Source: Octopus sinensis (Eukaryota). From it: a stretch of DNA of 64,000 bases. This document shows positions 55,541 through 64,000 of the stretch, piece by piece. The notes under the pieces were generated by a model that was not told the origin of the DNA, did no database searches, and was given only the letters and a program-made list of their open reading frames with translations. Both the position numbers and the translations under genes were made by a program. The stretch covers positions 100,502,001 through 100,566,000 of the forward strand of contig NC_042998.1 of the NCBI RefSeq assembly GCF_006345805.1. Reading direction: 5' to 3'. Numbering within the stretch: position 1 is the first letter of the stretch; each line of letters starts with the position of its first letter.

Positions 55541-56090
55541 GCTCAATTAATTGAACGAAAGAAAATGGTGAGTTAAAAGATAATAATTATTTATTATTAA
55601 AAAATGGGTAATCTTTACTTGTGACAGCCGTTTCCATTAGTGCCCAATAGGTAAATTACAAATTTATGCTTTAAATTTGCATTTATATGTTATGGGAATA
55701 ATTTCATCAGAGAAAAAGGTATACATGATATTACATTCCAACCTATCCGTTCATGCAAGCAGACTAAATATGAAGAATCCTGTTACTTTATTACTCATTA
55801 TATTCTAATTAATACGTTAACCCTTCACCCATACATAACAATAAAAATAACTCCTCATATTTAGTCTGCTTGCATGAACAGATAGGTCAGAATGTAATAT
55901 TGTAATGTATATCTTTTTCTCTGATGAAATTATGCCCATAACATACGAATGCAAATTTAAACTATAGATTTGTAATTTACCTATTGGGCACTAATGGAAA
56001 TGGCTGTAAGAAGTAAAGATTACCAATTTCTTAATATTAAATAATTATTAACTTTGAACTTCCCATTTTCTTTCCTTCAATTAACTGAAC
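55541..56090. repeat. Long fold-back element 2: ~235-bp arms, ~75-nt spacer
   Basis: 55541-55776 is the reverse complement of 55851-56090; its left flank matches 10305-10440. Confidence 0.92.
55913..56013 (+). ncRNA. Hammerhead-like motif with a 69-nt extended stem II; mirror copy at ~55618-55718 (-)
   Basis: TTTCT-CTGATGA(55921)-[self-complementary 69 nt]-GAAA(55997)-T-GGCT-GTA-AGAAG; mirror arm keeps GAAAC-GGCT-GTC. Confidence 0.55.
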
Positions 56091-56152
56091 AGTATATATA
56101 TATATATATATACATATATATACACACACACACACATATTATATATATATAG

Positions 56153-56209
<57 letters not shown>

Positions 56210-56326
56210 TATATATATATATACATATAACGGGAAGCTTTATGAAAATAAACAAAAGACGAAGGCAGGTGGAAAACAAACGAACAATTGTATTAGTATG
56301 GCGCTCAGGAATATAAATAAAACAAG

Positions 56327-56363
56327 TCTTTAACGTTTCGAGCCTACGCTCTCAACAGAAAGA
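56327..56363 (-). ncRNA. Compact Penelope-type hammerhead-like motif with a CUGUUGA core
   Basis: TCTTT-CTGTTGA-GAGC-GTAG-GCTC-GAAA-CG-TT-AAAGA: perfect 5-bp stem I, 4-bp stem II and palindromic ACGT in place of stem III; lies in a CpG-rich repeat fragment 56228-56437. Confidence 0.6.
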
Positions 56364-56449
56364 TACACAGAGAGAGAAAAACACAGAAAGAAGGAGAGAA
56401 AAAAAATGCGTGCAGTAGCTAACGATCAACATGGCGATAATATATATAT

Positions 56450-56498
<49 letters not shown>

Positions 56499-56534
56499 CA
56501 CACACACACGCACACACACACATATATATATATC

Positions 56535-56955
56535 ATCATCATTTAGCTTTTATTGTCCATGCTGGCATGTGCTAGTTGGTTTGACCAGGGTTGGCAAGCT
56601 GGAAGGCTGCACCAGACTCCAGTCTGATCTGGTATGGTTTCTGCAGGTTGATGCCCTTCCTAACACCAACCACTCTGAAAGTGTAATAGGTGCTTTTACA
56701 TACCACTGACACAGGTGCTATTTGCATGACACTGGTATCTGCCACAACTGCGATTTTACTTGGCTTGATGGGTCTTCTCAACCACAACATAATGCCAAAG
56801 GTCTTGGTCATTCGTCAATGCCTCCATGAGATGCAACACTTGAAAGGAGCTCAGCCACTTTGCCTCTGTGATGCCCAATGCTCGAAAGGTGCTTTTTACG
56901 TGCCACCAGCATGGGTGCCACTTACGTGACACCAGCATTAGCTACGATTACAATT
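56535..56955 (-). mobile_element. (CAT)n-tailed SINE-like element
   Basis: Conserved block GATGCCCTTCCTAACACCAACCAC; 5' part similar to 38085-38270. Confidence 0.75.
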
Positions 56956-58237
56956 TGTGTGTACATGCGTGCATGTGTGTGTGTGTGTGTGTGTGTGCTT
57001 GTGTGTTACTGTTAAGTTGGTGAATTCAGAATGCATTTTGTAGTTTTTGTGGTTTTCTTTTGCAGACTCTTTAATTTGCTTAACCTCTATTTCCTTGTAT
57101 GAAAGCTCTAAGTTATAATTAGGATGGCTACACTATTCATACCAGTAATCTTATCATTGTCATTAATTTTGGTAATCTGACACTTCTGTAGTACTTTTTG
57201 TTTATGTTCTTCATTTCAGTGCATCTTGTATCCTGTCAATTTCATCTAGACATAAGAACTTGTAGATCTCTCTGAAGAGGAGCCTTTGAGTGCTTTGGAG
57301 TAGAAATTGTTTGTAGTAATTTTTTAATTATGTCTGTTTATTTAAGTGTAATTTTTTTCTAACTTCTGTTTTTTTTTTTTAAATCTGTCTGTGTCTTCAA
57401 AAATTTGTGGAGCATCTTTATAGTTATTACTATTGTGGAAAGAGCCTCTCACTACCAGTGTGGAAATGGTCATGACAAAATACTAATAGCCAGTGTAAAA
57501 TAAACGTCTGCAAAAATATATGTATCCAATAAACATAATAAAATGTGTCAGGATATTCAAATTTCTTTTTCTTTTTTTTTCAATCCCAGATAATAGTGAA
57601 TTCTTCTGTTAGTAAAAAGAACCAAATATGGAAAAAGCAAAAAACAAAAATAGAAACTGAAAGTTAATGATAATTGAAAGATGACCTCTCATGAGGTCAG
57701 AGCAATGTACATGAATACAACAATCCTATATGTCCCTAAGTTCAACACAACAGGAAGAAAAAAGGAAAGAAAAAAGAAAATAAGAAGACAAAAACAAGAC
57801 TTATAAGAACTGGCTGTTAACAAACTTTCAAACAGTTGCAGTAGAACTGTGTGAATGACCAGGTCACTGATGTACAATGAATGTTTTGACACTTCATGAA
57901 ATAAATAAAAAGTCAATTTAACAGTTTCATGTGTTATTACGCAGATAGAATGACTCTTTCACAATGTAGACATTTCATTCTGAAAACAATATAGACCAAA
58001 TCACTTGACAAGTACAGATAAGAAAAAAATTCTATGAAAATCTAACTACTTCAGTGTCTTTGAATTTGTCTGTCTCACCACTTGAAAACCAGTGTTGGTT
58101 TGTTTACCTCACCATAACTTAGTAGCTCAGAAAGAGAGATGAATAGAATATAAGTTCCAGACTTTAAGTAAAACTAAGTATTAGGGTTAATTTGTTCTAC
58201 AAAAATTGCCAAGGTGGTGCCCAAGCATGGCTGTAAT

Positions 58238-58428
58238 TTATGTGCCACCAGCATGGGTGCCACTTACGTGACACCAGCATTAGCTATGACTACAATTTGT
58301 GTGTGCATGCGTGCATGTGTACATGTGAGCACACATGCATGCGTGCATGCATGTGTGGGTGTGTGTGTGTGTGTGTTACTGTTGAGGTGGTGAATTCAGT
58401 ATGCATTTTGTAGTTTTTCTGGTTTTTA
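58238..58428 (+). repeat. Local copy of 56894-57056 inserted into a SINE 3' end
   Basis: Near-identical sequence apart from the microsatellite; GTAAT on both sides (58233-58237, 58429-58433). Confidence 0.85.
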
Positions 58429-58712
58429 GTAATCCAATGACTAAAACAAGTAAAAGGTAAAAGTAAAAAAAGACATGACAATTTAAATGTTTAAGGACCA
58501 GGGATCTAGTGTTTTTCATTCGCAAAATGAGCCCCCATTTAATTTTGCTCAGATTGCTTTCAGTTTTGGTGTATTGATGCAACTCTGAATTTTCATAACA
58601 ATCAACAAGTTACTTTATTTTGTAAATTAAAGAATCTGATGTTATTTGGAATTAAAGTTTGGAAATTTGGGTAATTTTAGCCAACCAACAGACAGCGACT
58701 CATTAACAGCTT

Positions 58713-58726
58713 GTTACCATGACAAC
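58713..58726. promoter_or_regulatory. RFX X-box-like motif in a small CpG-containing patch
   Basis: GTTACCATGACAAC (cf. GTTRCCATGGYAAC), with nearby CGs at 58695-58900. Confidence 0.4.
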
Positions 58727-59694
58727 TGCACGTTGTGTTGGGTTTCACCCGCATGTTGTGTTGATTCTTTACACCATGAGATTTACTTCACTCGCGTGTT
58801 TTGTGATATTTATCAATTAGAAATTTATTATAGATATTTTTCTTCAATTGTCTTAATAGTTTACATTTTTTTCATATATAGCAAAAGTTGTTTGCGATGT
58901 TTATACAGTTTCTCAGCATTATGAAGGTGAATGGAATATGTGAACTTAGTACAGATAATTTGACATTATTTTTTAATTCTGCATGCAAAAAGATACAAGA
59001 TACTGGTATTCCTTTTCTTGGGACAAATTCTTTGTTGACCAGTGTTATTCTTATCGTAGTTTACAAATCCAAGCATGAAAATGTTACTCAACTTTGAAGT
59101 TTTGGAGACAGACGCCCCCTTTTCACACACACACACTCATACACACACACATACACACACATACACACACACACACACATATGCAGGCAAATATATTAAT
59201 ATAACAGATAAAAAAATAATAAAAACATACAATCAATGAAGAGACAGATGAAACAGTATAATGATACATGTTGATTCTATTAGATATTTCTGTTTATTTA
59301 GAAACTTACAATAAAAATTAAGTATTTCTGTTTATTTAGAAACCTACCTACAATGAAGAGGTCATTTCACAGACACTAAACTATAAATTTCACTGGGTAC
59401 AACCTTAAAGTTGACATTGCTCTGCTAAACACAAAAAATTTCTGTCTCACTATTGGCTAAAAATACAGTTTTTCCAATTCTTAAACCTCTGTAACTTTTT
59501 CCACCAATTTTTTCTCCACATCACACCTTCATAGCAATTAGACTGGAAAGCTATATTATTATACCCAATTTTCAGATATTTTACTGTCTTTTAAAAAATG
59601 TGTATTTTGTGGATGAAAAAATGAACTAGATCCGGGACCAGCTACAGCAGCTTTGAAACTGAACCCACATTTTTATTGTTTGTTTTCTCCTCCT

Positions 59695-59817
59695 TGCACT
59701 TGGAAATTAATGAGGATGAGTTAATCTCTGAGGCCTGCACTTGAAAATTAATGAGGATGAGTTAATATCTGAGGCCTGCACTTGAAAATTAATGAGGATG
59801 AGTTGACCTTTGAGACC
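59695..59817. repeat. Minisatellite, 41-bp unit x3
   Basis: TGCACTTG(G/A)AAATTAATGAGGATGAGTT at 59695, 59736 and 59777. Confidence 0.95.
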
Positions 59818-59998
59818 TCTGGTCATGGAAAGATCAATCCTTTATTTTAGATTGACCTACTTTAGTTGTCAAACTTTATAAATATCCAGCATAAGGGTTG
59901 GTCACCCTTTTTTGGTCACTACCTTTGATCAATAAGCATTCCAGTATCAAATGGAGAAGAAAGGGACAGCACACTGCTGATATTCTCTGTTTGAAAAT

Positions 59999-60074
<76 letters not shown>

Positions 60075-60687
60075 AGCACTAGACAATGATGCTAGTTCCC
60101 ATATGCGAAGAATTTATGGAAACAGAAAGTATTTTACTGCAACAAATTAATGTCATGTGTATACACAAACGGTGCAATGACATTATTTTTATTTTATATT
60201 ATAACAAAATTATAATCAACTAAATAAAAGGCCATCTTCATAATTAATTGTTCTTCACTCATTCATTTCTCGGCTGCATTATCATCATCATTCAAACTTC
60301 ATCATTACCTTCAACTTCTCGTCTAAATGATGTCATTACAGATGTATAAGAATAAAAAAAAGAATTGATGTACAAAGCAGATTGATAAACGTGAAGATAA
60401 TTATTTTAATAATAAAATAAGAGAGTACAAAGGTATTCTTAAAATAAAGTGAAAAATAACTTCAGGATGTGGGTTACTCCAAAACAAAAAAAAACTAAAA
60501 TCTTACAGAGAAGTATGGTGCACACTGTTTCAGTAATATTGAGGAATTAGATTTATTCAATAGGCACAGACATAACTGCAGTAAGAAGTTTGGTTTCCAG
60601 CCACATGGTTCTGAGTTCAATCCTACCATGTGACACCTTGGACAAGTGTTGAGTAGATTTGGTAGAAGGAAACTTAAAGAAGCCCAT

Positions 60688-60709
60688 TGTGTGTGTGTAT
60701 GTGTGTATG

Positions 60710-60779
<70 letters not shown>

Positions 60780-60786
60780 AATACAC

Positions 60787-60821
<35 letters not shown>

Positions 60822-60975
60822 CGTGTGTGTGTGCGTGTGTGTGTGTTTGTTTGTGTGTGTGTGTTTGTTTGTGTGTGTGTGTGTGTGTGTGTGCGTGTGT
60901 GTGTGTGTGTGTTGTGTGTGTGTGTGTGTTTGTTTGTGTGTGTGTGTGTGTGTATGTGTGTGTGTGTGTGTGTGT
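60688..60975. repeat. (TG)n/(TA)n compound microsatellite
   Basis: Directly visible. Confidence 0.97.
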
Positions 60976-62007
60976 AAGAGAGGGAGAGAGTGTGTGTGCA
61001 TGTATTTCTGCCTCCGTACCTTGACATTGCAATGATAGTTGTAAACAAGTGTCACTGCAATACAAGTGGTGTCATTCATTTCTAATATTCTGTGAAAACA
61101 TATCTGGTCATGGGAAAATATTATCTTACTTGGAAACAGATGGGAGTTGGTGACAGGAAAAGCATCTGGCCATAGAAAATCTGCCTTGAGAAATTCCATC
61201 TGACCCATGCAAGCATGATAAAGCAGACATTATTAAAATTATGATGAAACAATGACAATGATAGTTTCAAGCACATTACTTCTCAACTGGGCAAGGAATT
61301 ACCACTTAAGTTTACATGTGAATTCACACCAAGAAGTGAGAAATTGCTTAGCTATTACAATGTAGAGATCTGAAGAATAATAGATTCATTGTAACATCAG
61401 TTAACAAAGATTTTGTTGAAAAACAGCTGAAATAAAATTGTATGTTGACAATAACACTAGCAAACTGTCATGCAACATGCATGTCTTTTCAAAATTCCAA
61501 TTACCGATTACATAAACCACTTAATTCATTCCCCCAGTTCATTCCCACAGCAATTAGAATGAGTTTGATTCTTTCCCATATGTAAAAGAAAATTGTACAC
61601 TTAAGGAGGGGGAAAAAATGCCATCAACTAGTTTTTCAGATCATTTTGTCATCACCATCATCATCATCAATATGATAATGATGATGATGAGGGTAATCAT
61701 CATCATCATCAATATCACCACCGCTACCGCCACCATCACAGTTATATCCCTCATCATCATTGTTATCATTATCACCACCACCACTGCCACAACCATCATC
61801 ATTTTTACATTGATTTTCTTTTTTTATTATTTTTTTTTTCCCATCCGGGAATAAGTTATATGAAATTTGTTGAAAGTCTCTTTCTACTGATCCTCATACA
61901 TTGAAACTAAGGAGCATTTGCTTAGAGAAAAGAGACGAAGACACCATTTTTATTCAGGTAATGATTAATGAAAATCTCATGGAAATGACACTCAGAAACA
62001 TGCATGT

Positions 62008-62410
62008 TTGTTGTTGTTGTTGTTGGCATCCTTTTGTCTTGGGAGACAATGGAGTTGTGCATAAACTAATCCAGTCTGGTTTTTATATTTCATGTCCTCT
62101 CCGGTTTCCTCTCCAGTTTTGCACAGGCCTGGGCTAGATGTAAGGAAATCCTGGGTAACCCAATCGTCAGGATTCCTCTCTCGAAATGCTGACGTAGTCC
62201 AAAGGAGTGCAGAGCATTACGTTTGGCACCAGATTGGTTGCAGGAGCTGCCAGAAGAGTGTTGAGTCGAACACTAAACTGCCTACGGGGCTCCACTCCGG
62301 ATTTCTTAGAAGGCTGTCTCCTTTCTGTAACCGTGGATAGGGGCCTATACTGGATACTGTCAACCGGAGCCAGCTGAGCCCGGGACTCATGTCAGGCAGG
62401 GTCATCACTC
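62008..62410 (-). mobile_element. Bipartite non-autonomous RTE-derived element (5' UTR joined to 3' tail)
   Basis: Minus strand AAATCCGGAGTGGAGCCCCGTAGGCAGTT...GGCAGCTCCTGC...TGGTGCCAAAC (RTE 5'-UTR-like) and TCCATTGTCTCCCAAGACAAAAGGATGCC(AAC)n (RTE 3'-tail-like); family assignment from memory. Confidence 0.55.
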
Positions 62411-64000
62411 ACTGAAGTAGTGAAGAAAATCGCCACCCACTACCTATAAACATACTTGTACACCACACATAAATACGTGTGTGTGTGTGTACAAAAGGCT
62501 TCTTCTCAGTTTCTGTCTGTCTATTTCTCTTTCAAGGCATTGTTTAGCTCAAGGTTATTGTGGAGATCATCATAATGTCAATGATAATCTGGGAAGAGGC
62601 TGTGTTTGTAGACAAGAACGACCAAACAAAAATATATTTGTTTTCAAACACTTATAATTTAACTGTTAAGGATGTAACTAAAGAGCTGTATTTGTATAAT
62701 ATCTGAAGTTACTAAATTTGAAAGATAAAGAAAACATTCAACTTAAACCTGTGATGTTACATGTACTCTTTATTATTATAGAAATAAAAGAAATTAGAGT
62801 AGATAATTAGATGGAATGACGTATGTTCACATCAAAACATGAGGATAATTTACTTTTGTTGAATATGTATTTTCAGCATACGTTGTATTAGGACAAGTAA
62901 ACAAGCATCACCATCATATAAGTAATGTTGTTTGTTTGTTTCCAGTCATATGTGAAAAACATGTTTGGTGATGGAGAAATATTACCTTCCTTGGAAACAG
63001 GTAAGGGTTAGCAACAGCAAGGGCATATAGCCATAAAAAAATCTGCTTCTGTAAATTTTGTCCAACCCAGACAGGCATCGAAAAGTTGACATTAGATGAT
63101 AATGATAGTGGTGGTGGTGGTGATGGTGGTGGTAGTGGTGGTAATGATAGCACATCCTGCAGAACAAAGTGACAAGGTTCCATGTAGAATTTGATTGGCT
63201 TACATGCTGGGGTTCAAATTCCCAGCTTTTATAACACTGGGCAAGGCTTTCTAGAACCTTCAAAATATGATTTGGAAGAAGCTTACATAACTTTACTTCA
63301 ATGATCACCTCTGTTAATTGATGCATGCCAGTCAATGCTGATAGGCTGGTAAATATTTACCTGGTTGTTCCTTTCTCTCAAAGAACAAGTCATAATTAGG
63401 CTTGATTCTAAATTGGAATTCCAAGTGACAGTTCTAGTTGTAGCAGAGAGCTGCTACACTATAGTAGAAGATATGTGTCCATGGTGCTTTGCAGTGGAGC
63501 AAAACCTGGAACCACATATTTGTGAAGAGAATTTTAGAACCTCACAGCTATGTCCATATAATATGAAAAATATTAGAAAGAAGACTATAAAGTGAATGGA
63601 TGTTCCACTGGATTTGCCAATAAGAATGCTAGTTGTTTAATTAATGGAACTATATTCACAGATATTTATTACCTGAATTCATGTCACTATGTTTGACAAG
63701 ACTATGTATAACACACAAATGCAAAAACGACCTGTTTTTTTAAGTTATATTATCAGTGGTTGAATATACCCTTGATTTTTTTTACCTTAACTTAATCTTC
63801 AGGCACAATTAATATGGCATGTGCGTGCACACACACACATATCACTTAGGCATTACAATACTAATAACCTGGTATAGAACTCAATATGTGTATGCTTTTG
63901 AGCAAAGCATTAGTTGAGTACAGAGCAGTAATAAGAAAAGAGATGACAAAGGAATAGTCAATTATCTCATGAATTGCAATAGCTTACAACTGTTTCCACC

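Noticed and set aside
60495-61208. 237-aa ORF and overlapping ORFs
   Set aside because: Read-through of SINE fragments and (CA)/(TA) microsatellites, which lack stop codons

Overview
AT-rich eukaryotic genomic DNA, almost certainly from an octopus (inferred from tRNA-head CORE-type SINEs, (CAT)n-tailed SINE-like elements and very dense TA/CA/TACA/GATA microsatellites). No intact protein-coding gene is recognisable. Most ORF-track entries are microsatellite or repeat artefacts; the real protein similarities are decayed transposon remnants (mariner, DD37D/maT-like, CR1/Jockey, RTE, R4/Dong). Cleanly bounded non-autonomous DNA elements are present: hAT MITEs with 8-bp TSDs, piggyBac MITEs with TTAA, a Helitron nested in a piggyBac MITE and a Helentron/HINE-like element. 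A CpG-retaining block at ~30.4-34.2 kb looks like the promoter/5' end of a minus-strand gene with only tentative exons. The most striking signal is a cluster of long fold-back elements at 54.9-56.4 kb carrying Penelope-type minimal hammerhead-ribozyme motifs, including variants with a 70-90 nt stem II and a CUGUUGA core. All calls are by eye, without database searches or folding software.
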